The notes under the pieces were generated by a model that searched no databases, was not told the origin of the DNA, and was given only the letters and a program-made list of their open reading frames with translations. The translations under genes were made by a program, and so were the position numbers. This document shows positions 37,201 through 49,200 of a DNA stretch of 64,000 bases, in pieces; the first letter of the stretch is position 1, and every line of letters begins with the position of its first letter. Source of the DNA: Leptogorgia sarmentosa. Lineage: Eukaryota. Where the stretch lies: positions 1,302,001 to 1,366,000 of the forward strand of contig OZ210885.1 in the NCBI GenBank assembly GCA_964658305.1, given 5' to 3'.

Positions 37201-40200
37201 CGCCGCGATTAATTGCGATATTAGGGAAAAAATGCCAAAATTCAAGGAGATCTTGAGAGTTCTTTTGCGATCTTGGGCGATCTTAGGCAATCTTGGGCGA
37301 TCTTAGCCAATATTGGGTGATATTATGTAATGCTTATAATTTATTTCTTTGTATGTAATATATTTTAGGCGTTCTCAGGCGATCACAGACGATCGTAGGC
37401 GATCTTAGGCGATTTTAGGCGATCTTAGGCGATTTTAGGCGATCTTGCACCCTGGAGTGTCCTTCTGTTAGCAGGGGCGTAGGAACCGGGGGGGCCAAGG
37501 GGGCCAAGGCCCCCCCAACTTTAAAAATCACACAAAAATGCCCTTTTTCTTTGAGGTAAAGTGTCCTTTTTCATTGTGGAAACGTTTTTTAAATGAGCTG
37601 TAAGTTGAGAAAAGTGCCCATCAATAAAGCGGTACAATAACCTTTTGATGCTCAATATGCACAAAGGAAGAACGGATTTCATTTGCCTCAAGACAATAGC
37701 AAAAGAATTTGTTGAAAAAAACGAACGCTGATTAGGGTTTTTTGGAAAATTTTAACGCTATAGAACGGTAAAACTGGTTTCTATGTGTCATTTACATGTA
37801 AGGTATAGTTTATTTTAACACTATACAATAATACGCGTCAATGTCAAATGCCCTTTTCACCAGGCAAGTGCCCTAGAAGTTAATGGCCCCCCCCAACCTA
37901 AATGTGCTTCCTACGCCCCTGTCTTTTAGTATATAGCTACATTATAAAACAATGCGCTTCCGCTGCATGCGTGTTTACGGGAGGACAACAAATCTAGGCT
38001 ATCATCATAACATTCATTGCGAAATGCCCAGTTATGTACTGTACTTGTTTCACTTACACCTTGCACTGCAGAAACTTCGCTTGCCAGTCTTGTGCAAATT
38101 GCTCCAGTTCCATGATTGGGAAGATCATAATAAGAGATTTCCTGTGCAGGAATTGAGAAACGGGCAAATTGATTTCATTTCCGGTTGATGCGCTCGGGGC
38201 AGTTTGAATGAACGTGGGAAGGCCAGTTCAGAAGAGCGATTTCTCTGCGATGATTTCTTGTACGATTTTCTCCTTTTGACGGATGTGAACGGTGAACGTG
38301 TAAACCAATCCAGAAGATTCAGGATAGAAAACACGAACTCAGCACATTCGCAATTAATGCACTCGTTCACATTTGTCGAAAGGAGCCATAATAAATCCTT
38401 AGTAGTATCATTCGCTATATTAGTGGCTGTCGCTCGTTTTTACAGAAGTCTTGCGTTTTCCCTGTCTTGATTTATGGCTATTAGTTTTTTAGTTATGGGG
38501 CACTAAAAATTCCGCAATGCGTTCTGCTGATCTCTTGGAGACCCAACGAATATGACAGAACAAAACAGAAAAAACGCCTCCGTGAACCTCAAACTGAGCA
38601 ATCAGATCGCACGATTCGTCAGAACAATCGTTCCATTAAATAATAAATGGAGACAACCGCTTATAAAAGGAGGTATATCCCACACATGCACCAGGGCGCT
38701 CAAACAACAGATGGCGGTCAGTTGCCTATATTACAGTCATTTGCTACAAGAAACAATTTCTTTACCCATTCAGTTAAAAACCGTAGAAAATTCACAATGT
38801 ATTTTTACCTGACGGAGAAAAGCTAGAAATGTCTGCTTTCTTAGTCTTTTTGTTAGAGCTTCTCCAGCCTTTGCCATATACCAGTTCTAAATTAAACAAA
38901 TTTCACACAGCGCTCTTCAAGGTTAGTTGCCGGCTGGCGATATGTCAGTCTGTCAGACCTAGTCGACGAGTGCGAGTTTGCATGAATGCCATGTGCATAA
39001 TTATTGTTCCATGCGGGTGCGACACGAATAAAAAAAACACAAGCGGAACATAGCGTGTCTTACAGCCAGCGACTAACAAATACACTAAATCAGGTCACAG
39101 AGTAGATCATACAGAATGCTCACTCAAGGAAAAAAGATAAGGGGGGGGGGGGGTTGGTGGGTGGGTGTCAGTGCGAATGCCTCTACATGCAGTGAGATTT
39201 ATCGGTTTTATATACCTGTAAGAAGATACCAATTCCACTTTCTATTCCAATCATTAGAAAGACGAATGCCCATTGTTTGCTATCATCTTTCATTGCTTCA
39301 CTCTCCTCGGGTATTTTTGGATCATAACTGAACGTCTATAGTAATGTTAATATACCGATGCCGATGATAATATATAATTATATAATATAAATAATATATT
39401 TAAATGATATAAATTTAACTAATTAAATAATATAAATGAATAATATACATAATATAAATGAACATCGAATTCAAACTTGCAATATTTACTTCAAGGGCGT
39501 CAATCCGTCCCAAAAAAGTGGGGGGGGGGGGACCATAAGCGTACGGGCTACATTTTTTCAGGGGGTAGAAAGATCTTTGCCCGAATTTGAGGGTAGTGAA
39601 TGTCACGAAGCGCCACCATGGTTGGCGCAGAGCGAGAAATTTTTGAACTTTTACAACATCTGGATTGCTGGAAACGGCGATTTCAGAGTCCTAACTCCAC
39701 TTTCTTGGTACGCTCGTTCAGGTGAACGACTGGAGGATTGTTGACATTATTTGAATTTTTGGGGGGGCAGTTGCCAATATAATTTAAGCAAGAAATTCGG
39801 CGGAATTATTTTGGTAAAAATCGTTCCCAGAACGCTGAAAATGGTATTTGTGCATGATGTTTCAAATTTAAAAATTTTTCGGGGAAGATTGCCCCCAGAC
39901 CCTAGAAAGGGGCACGTTTCATTACTATTTTACAACAGACAGATTTTTGCCCCCTCCCCCATAGGCGTACGAGGCGTGCCCCTTTCTAGAAGGGTCTGGG
40001 GGCAATCTTCCCCGAAAAATTTTGAAATTTGAAACATCATGCACAAATACCATTTTCAGCGTTCTGGGAACTTTTTTTACTAAAATAATTCCGCCGAATT
40101 TCTTGCCTAAATTATATGAGAATTTTTTGCCGATGTCGAATGTGTATTATTCGAAGACGTATTATTTTTGATAAAACAATAAGGATTTTAATCGCAAATG

Positions 40201-43200
40201 AAATGATTTCTTTAACAATTATATCAATTGTACATAAAATGATCAATAAAAACAAAAGCAAATTTGAACGTGTGTAGGTGGCTGAGGTCCGTTTATTGCC
40301 TTTCCAATTAGGATTTCATTCGCAGAACTATTCGAAGGGTCTGAATAGCTTTCTTCTGATCTCAGATTGTTAATTGTACTTCACAATTCACGATGTATAG
40401 CATACAGGCATGGGGTTTTAAGATTATCAAAAAACAATTTTTTTTAAACATGATAAAAAGTGGGGAGGGACGCGTCCCCCCATCCCCCCAGGTTTGACGC
40501 CCTTGACGATACTCAACCACGGACTTCTACACGATAATCAGCCACGATACTCAACCACGATACTCAACCACGATACTCAGCCACCATACTCAGTATCGTG
40601 GTTGAAATATCGTGGCTGAGTATGGTGTACAAGTCCGTAGTTGAACATCGTGGTTGAAGTCCGTGGTTGAGCATCGTGGTTGAAGTCCGTGGTTGAGGTA
40701 CTTCAACCACGATACTCAACCACGGACTTCTACACGATACTCAGCCACGATACTCAACCACGATACTCAGCCACCATACTCAGTATCGTGGTTGAAATAT
40801 CGTGGCTGAGTATGGTGTACAAGTCCGTGGTTGAGTATCGTGGTTGAAGTCCGTTGTTGAGCATCGTGGTTGAAGTCCGTGGCTGAAGTACTTCAACCAC
40901 GATACTCAACCACGGACTTCTACAGGATACTCAGCCACGATACTCAACCAAGATACTCAGCCACCATACTCAGTATCGTGGTTGAAATATCGTGGCTGAG
41001 TATGGTGTAGAAGTCCGTAGTTGAACATCGTGGTTGAAGTCCGTGGTTGAGCATCGTAGTTGAAGTCCGTGGTTGAAGTATTTCAACCACGATACTCAAC
41101 CACGGACTTCTACACGATACTCAGCCACGATACTCAACCACGATACTCAGCCACCATACTCAGTATCGTGGTTGAAATATCGTGGCTGAGTATGGTGTAC
41201 AAGTCCGTGGTTGAGTATCGTGGTTGAAGTCCGTTGTTGAGCATCGTGGTTGAAGTCCGTGGCTGAAGTACTTCAACCACGATACTCAACCACGGACTTC
41301 TACAGGATACTCAGCCACGATACTCAACCAAGATACTCAGCCACCATACTCAGTATCGTGGTTGAAATATCGTGGCTGAGTATGGTGTAGAAGTCCGTGG
41401 TTGAACATCGTGGTTGAAGTCCGTGGTTGAGCATCGTAGTTGAAGTCCGTGGTTGAAGTATTTCAACCACGATACTCAACCACGGACTTCTACACGATAC
41501 TCAGCCACGATACTCAACCACGATACTCAGCCACCATACTTAGTATCGTGGTTGAAATATCGTGGCTGAGTATGGTGTAGAAGTCCGTAGTTGAACATCG
41601 TGGTTGAAGTCCGTGGTTGAGCATCGTGCTTAAAATCCATGGTTGAAGTACTTCAACCACGATACTCAACCACGGACTTCTACACGATACTCAGCCACGA
41701 TATTTCAACCACGATACTAAGTATGGTGGCTGAGTATCGTGGTTGAAATATCGTGGCTTAGTATCGTGTAGAAGTCCGTGGTTATAAACCGTGGTTATAA
41801 ATCGTGGTTATAAGCCGTGGTTATAAGCCGTGGTTATAAGCCGTGGTTATAAGCCGTGGTTACAAGCCGTGGTTACAAGCCGTGGTTATAAGCCATGGTT
41901 ATAAGCCGTGGTTATAAGCCGATTGATTGTACTTCACAATTCTCGATGTATAGTATACAGGCATGGGGTTTTAAGATTACCAAAAAACAATTTTTTTTAA
42001 ATATGATAAAAAGTGGGGGAAATAATTAGATATTCTTCCCCCCCACTTCAAAAAGTGGGGGGGACGCGTCCCCCCATCCCCCCCAGGATTGACGCCCTTG
42101 ATTTACTTACATCAAACAAGCCACCATAAGCTTTTCCATACAAGAAGGGAAATGATCCGTACAATACTGAACCAATGCAGCCAATCAACAAATACTTCCA
42201 TTCTGGTTCACTAAGTTTTATCAAACTTCCAAACGATATTGGCTTTTTTCCGTCATCATCCACCTGAGAAATCATTTATGTAAATAAATAATCTGGATAT
42301 GAATACTGGCGGTATAAATGATTTCCCACCCAATTTGCTGGAAAGAACTTGAATAGGGACGGGGGGACGAGGGCGTGGGACGGGGGGGGGGACGGGGAGG
42401 TGGGCAGGGTGCTTTGTTGTTAGTATTGTTAGATTAATTTCACACGAAAAAGGGTCGTCCTAGATCTCTCCTCATGCACTATTAAATGAATTGGGTGTGG
42501 AAGTAATGGGTCCTTCTTGGGCTTCATTGAAAAGTTAAGATAGATAACTGCTGTTCTATCTTTCTATTACATTTTAGGAATAACCAACTAGACGATGAAA
42601 ACAGTTTGATAAAAGTGAGTTCAAACTAGCGATTGTACATTTGTATTGTTCGCTTCTCAGCAGTTATGAGGGAACTGAAATGAAGTTCCTGGGTAGGTAT
42701 GGTCTGCAACCTAGGGTAAGTAGGAAGGTAAGTGGCTGCAACTCTCTCGAACTTCCTTGGATAGCCAGTCCGCACCTGGGCCAGGTGGGTGTAGGGAGGG
42801 GCAGTAGTGGTATGACAAGGACATATGTTGCATTTTGTTGATATTCTTGGAGTGTCAGTTTCATTCCTATAGCTACTTGAAAATTTCCGAAAATTTCAAT
42901 TCAACGCAGTTGTACTGTACCTCTGATCGTCTACTTAGTTTCTCGCTTATTGTGGGAGTACCAAATGCATCCAGTTTAAATGCTCCGTCTATTTCATAAA
43001 AAATGTTTTATGATATTACTTTTTAACATGATCGAAGGGAGGTTTATAATTTGAGAAAGGTTAAAAAAAACAATTACCGTCATCAATTTTAATTTCTTTC
43101 GCTTGATCCCCATCATCGTCTTCGTCATCATCATCAGTTCCGCCTTCCTGTAAATAAAGTAGTTTTTAATCTTTTTCTTGGCGAATATAAAGTCATTGTT

Positions 43201-46200
43201 GAATGGGAAAGTAGCACCCTTTGACAACGTACCTGCATTTTTAATAACGTATGATAAAGACCTCCCTTGGCTACTAACTCATCATGTGTACCAATTTCTT
43301 TAACATGTCCTTCACTGACTGCTGCGATAATGTCTGCATTTTTTACGGTCGATAATCGATGGGCTATGATGATAGTTGTACGACCTTTTCCAGCCTATAA
43401 AAGGTCATTTTCTGCAGTTTTGTAATTGTCTGATATGATATTTAAATTTTCTAACATAATATTTGGAATTTCGATTTTATCCATCGATTGTGTCGATACA
43501 GCTTCGTCGCTGCTTCGAGTCTTTTATTCGTGAACCTTATGCATCTGCATAGATGTACTTAGAAGACGCCTAATAGCTGTTAGAGTCGTGACTGGGTCTT
43601 CAAACATTAGTTTTTCTTTCGTGAGTTTAGAATGATGGAAACATTAAGCATGCTTGCATGTTTATATTTTATTCGATCTCATGGTGACTTTTAGCTGTTT
43701 AGACGACGAAAAAGACAACGAGACTACAGGATCAAATCAACTTACCCCATTTCAATGTATGTACATTTAGTATTTGAAATTATGACAACTTAGGAGCCCG
43801 GATTCTATCACTGAGGTCTGAAGAGTTTCTAATATGGCATATTCGCGTGTACAAGACTGGAAAAAAATCCATTCTATTTACCCTATCAAGAGCATCCTGA
43901 ACAATCCGTTCACTTTCGGTATCAAGAGCTGATGTTGCTTCGTCCAGCAACAAAATTTTTGGATTTCGTATCAATGCCCTTGCTATGGCAATCCTTTGTT
44001 TTTGTCCGCCACTCATTTGGACCCCACGTTCGCCACAAAGAGTTTCGTAGCCCTAAGAGAAACGAAAACATTTCAAAGACCGTCAGGACCTTCATTCAGC
44101 CAGTTTTCATTGAAACATTAAAAAAATGCACTTTAAGAACAATTAGCTTTCTTAAAGTAAAACGTTCACTTTATATAACAAGGAAATTAGCGCCAGGGGT
44201 ACAAAAACATAGTTAAAGTTAACAGTCAGTGCCAAAAGTTAACCACTGAAACGCGTATTTTAGAGTTGAATACAGACGAGGTAATTGAAACGTATTTAAG
44301 AGTTTTTTACAACCAGCCTAGATGGACAATAGATACCTTGTGAAGATTATCAATACAGTCTTGTCAGGGTGTTGGAATGTAATTTTTATGTTTGCCTCCC
44401 TACACGTGCTCCCCACTCCAATGATTCTTATTATAAATTCATTATAAATACAGTACATGCAGTACAGTTGAGTAAAACAAGATTGTTTGTATACCTGAGG
44501 GAAATTAATTATGAAATCGTGTGCATTCGCCATCTTGGCCGCTTCCTCGATTTCATGTTGTGTTGCGTGTCCCTTACCAAAGGCAATATTTTCGGCAATA
44601 GTTGTTGCAAATAGTACAGGTTCTTGGTTCACCACTCCGATAAAACGGCGTAAATGGCGCACGTTTAATGACTTAATGTCTTCACCATCAAGCAGCACCT
44701 AGTGTGAAAAAGATAAAGAAATACAATATTGAAGAATGCACGTCCATGCACGCGGGATGTGGCGAGTTTCGGAAAGCGTAAAAAATCACGAGCCGCAGGC
44801 GAGTAACTTTTAGCTTTCAAAAACTCAAGCCACATCCCAAGTGCATGGGATGACGCTATCCTGCACGGGAAAAGCATTTGGTAATTGTTTTATAAAATAA
44901 CTACAGCGAAAGAACGGAAAACGTTAATTTCTTTTTCCATAAATATGAGAATCCCTTATTTGTTGTTTTCAATAGAAATTTGTGTTACTGTCAAATTTTT
45001 GTATTTTTTTATTTTATTGCCGACATTTTAAAAATCTCCGTGACTTGGGAGCATTGTCGGCTCGTGAGTAAGCATTCAGAATTTTCCACACAGGATACTG
45101 TGCAGGATTGTCTGATCCTGCAAGGCTATTGACCAATCAAATTGCGTGTTGCACTGTAGTTATTATATAATGAAGAATACCGATTTTCTGTAAAACTAGA
45201 TTTGTATTAATATATGGGTTGAAATGGAAATCGTTTTACACTGAAATCCATACTTACTGTTCCACGAAGAGGATCATAAAATCTCTGAATCAGTTTAACG
45301 ATTGTACTTTTCCCGCAGCCACTTTCTCCCACCAATGCCACTCGTTTACCAGGAGGAACTTTCAAATTGAAATCACTCAAAATCTGTTCGAAAAAAATCA
45401 GAAAAAATTTAAAACACAACATGGTAGATCGAAATGAAGGAATATATGTCTGGATATCGACGAAAGAAAGAAAATGTAGCAACATCCAAGAACGAAATTC
45501 ACATTAAGTTGGTGTTTACGTGTAAAATCAATTTGAGGATTGGAAATACCGTTAACATGTCCAAAAACACGCATCGATTGCTTGGCCGGGTTCTCCTGTC
45601 TTATTTATTTATTCATTTAATATTCCGGCGAATTTATATACAGCATAAAAACTGTTAACACAGATCCTGTTCCGATTAAAACTATTATTAATCACAGACT
45701 GTTACTAACAGAGATCCTGTTCCCTAATAATCTAACTTAGCTAAAAATCCATTGAATATATAAACTAACATTAATTAAGAATTACATTCCATTAAACTCA
45801 ATCGTGAATGTAACTCGTACTAACTCCATGAAAAGGATTCGTGGAAACAAATCTGATCATGCACCTATGTTATCAGTAATAACGAAATGAGTTCGTTTGG
45901 GGACTTGAGGTTATTATAAATATTGTTTTCTTCTTTGAAATCACATTACCACTGACAAGTTGATCACGATTGGAGAAACACGACATGATAATTTCTTTAA
46001 TACTTACTTTCACAGATTTTCTTGTCGGATAAGCAAAGTCAATATTGGAAAAGTCCACGTCACCGTCTATGCTCACAGGTTTTTGGCCATTTTCCGCTGC
46101 GGAGTCGATTTCTGATTTCTATAGCAGATATCAACAGAAGAAATGAATAAATATTGATTTTTTTAAATTCAAATTAGTAATATCATTATTGAGAATTGAG

Positions 46201-49200
46201 ATTGAGAATTGTGTAAATTGATCATGTTTTTAAAATGTTCTATATTCTAGCTGCTTCTTATCTATACTCGACCGGACACGTATAAAAAGGTGAAAGTTCT
46301 ACTCATTACCTGAACAATACAATAAGTTAGTTTGTTTACGTGTCGAGTGAAGGCCCTGTCCCGGAAAACTCCCAAATAATTCCCTTCCCGACGCCGGATT
46401 GCTTTGCCGGAAACGTGGAATCTTATTCGTTTTTGCTTAGGTAGTGAGTTATGTTGTTTCAAATGTCCAATCAAAATTAATGAAAAAATATCGAAAAGGT
46501 TTTTTTAAGAATATTTTTTATCAAATGCCATCATAAAAACATATTGATTTTTTCCAGACAGAGGCTGCGGAAGATTGATAATTGGGGGGAGGGGGTACAT
46601 ATACCATCTCTTCGTGTTCACAGATATTGCATGAAAACAATTGATTTCGAAAGAAGTTAGTAAGGCAGAACGCGAATACATCAATATGAGCCCCGATCCC
46701 CCCAATTATTGATCTTCCGCGGCCTCGAGAAGAAATAGACAGAGAAAATTACCGTTTATGAGAAACTTACCCTATCGATGATATGAAAGACGGCAAACGC
46801 TGCTCCCTGTGCAGCAGCCAACGCCTCGCCACTTGGTGCTGCCTGTCCCAACAACAGGGAACCCAAGCTGACAGCAAAAAACACCTTGAAGATAAATCAC
46901 AGAAAGATTAGAACAACCCTCGTGTCCTGGCAAATAGCACTGATGGGATTTCCCTGAGGCCGTTGTCCTGATTAACACCAAGCCTCGCACGCACTACGTT
47001 CACATTGAAACGAGACAATCAATATCGTCTTGACGAAAATCCGCATTGCTTCAACTAAGAACAAACCGTAAAAGTTTTACGCTCTACCAAAATTTATGAT
47101 AAAGGGATTTTGGTCGAAACTTCGAATCTGTTTGTATCGTTTAAGTATAGTGAACATGACGATTCCTGTTGCTGATAGAGAGTTAAGCTTCGCGTCTCCC
47201 GTCAACGGCAAGCGTCAGAGCCGAATTCTCGTTGGAGAATTTTTGTTTAACTAATTCGTTTCAAATTTTCTTTCTTAGATCAAAAGAATAAATAAACATT
47301 GAAGTTTTTAAAACAACAAATCATCAATACTTTACTGCCTTGCAGTGTGAATTAGTCTGCCTGCATGGCGTTTGTCTTTTGACGTTTGAACGCGATTTAA
47401 ACTCTCTGATGTCTTTATCCGCTACCTTGGTCTGCATGCTATTGATGGTTTGTATAGTTAGTGTTTGGTGAAGACAAAGAGACAGACTAATTCTTGATTT
47501 TTAGATTCTACACGTTAACATTCTCACCAGCATTCCGTCTCCTGCACTTGCATCCCCGTCTCGAGTTAACTTGATAACATACCTTTCAAAAATACATCAT
47601 TCATGAGCACAAGGTTTTTAAGGATTTTTAATAGTGGGTAAATATTTTTTTACATATTTTAACAGGATCCTATCAAATGTAAAATTTTCTTATAATAGGA
47701 CGCTGGGATTTTAATTTCATTGTTTAGTTATGAAATAATTCGCACTAAAAAAATCATCATGATCACTCTCCAATATAGGACTGATAAAAATTTCCTTCAA
47801 AATGAAAATCTCTTTAAATTTCTAAAATATCTATCAAGAGAGACTTCTCCTCGTCCTTCTTACGCAAAAAAATTTTCTTTGATAATGTAGATTATGATAG
47901 AATTTTTTAAATATTACAGCTGTGAACCACTTAGCATCCAGAATTTCATCATGCTAATAATAAATACAATAATAACTTACCAAAACGAAAGTGCATAATT
48001 GATGTAATTCACCAACTGAAAGCATCCTATCCCTAAACCAGTACCAAAGCCTTTCTTTATTCCATACTTGGCAGCATCATCTAACTTTGATTCATAGCTA
48101 AACACATAATTAAGCATAGAATCTTGTTTAATTGTAGAATTGAAAATGCGGAATAGCCGCTATAGTTTTGTGTTTTATAAAAATATATACTCTATGCCTA
48201 AGGCAGTCGAAATAGAATCTTGTAATCATTAGTTTTAATTTTAATATGTTTCATCTCCTAATCAATTGTGTCTGTTTCGTATCAAAAGAGGAAAAAACGA
48301 CCTGCTAATGATTAATTTATATCATGTTTAGTAGCATATAAATTATGCCGATGCAATGCAAAAAGCGTTAAATGATGCATGCGAGCGCAAGAAGGGATCC
48401 AGAAGATAAAATGTTCGGAATAATAGCTACAAGTGCTTTGAACCACAATCACAGAAATGACCTTAAGACGACATGTACAATATGTTTCTGTAATCGAGAA
48501 ATTGTTGAAAAAGTGCTGCCCCATTTATATCTCATGAAACATAGGTTGATATATAAATTAGCTACAAACCTACAATCATCCCAAATTATCCTTATCATGA
48601 AAAAGATTTTTTTGTTAAAATTAAACTTACAGATCAGCCTGTTTCTTCTCGCCACCAAACGCTGCTACAGTTCGTATTGATGAAATGCTTTGTTCAGCCA
48701 CGTGACCTGCCCGGGAATAAGCTTCCAATTCTTTGGCAGCGTACGTACCAGTCATCTAAATGAAGTGCTATCATTATTATCATGCAATGAAACGATAAAT
48801 TCGTGGCTTTTGATAGGCTAACATAGTCATGTGTACCTTGGACATCATTGCACCAACAATTACCATGAGGGGAAACAAACTGAGCATAACCAGTGTTAAT
48901 TGCCAGACATAAATAAACCCAATAGTATAACCAACGATGAAAGACACAACACTCGATATCATCCGTCCATACTTTGCGCCAATACCATCTGCTATTTTGT
49001 TGATATCTCTAGAAATGGATTGAATAGCTTCAACATAATTCATGATCATGTTATTTAATTAATGGTTATTATAATTCGCCATATTAATCCCATTTTCCCT
49101 GGACAAAAATGTTTTTCTGTCCTAGCCATGACACAGAAACCATGAGAAAACAGTAGCATGAGAACAAGTAAAAATGTAATACACGGCCTATTTGCAGCCG

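Noticed and set aside
40506..41920. Possible CRISPR array or coding repeat
   Set aside because: Entirely built from related 13-mers without unique spacers or a long ORF.
42356..42410. G-quadruplex-forming G runs (also 59411-59430, 59524-59546)
   Set aside because: Isolated low-complexity tracts with no evidence of function.
42664..42864. Extra ABCB1 linker exon or ORF
   Set aside because: Nearby acceptors give stops in the required phase, and exons 42988-42921 and 42263-42111 already join in frame; read-through extension cannot be fully excluded.
44720..45170. Interspersed repeat remnants (also about 3300-3450, 19245-19330, 38480-38660, 8752-8990)
   Set aside because: Look repeat-like but termini and TSDs could not be established from this window.
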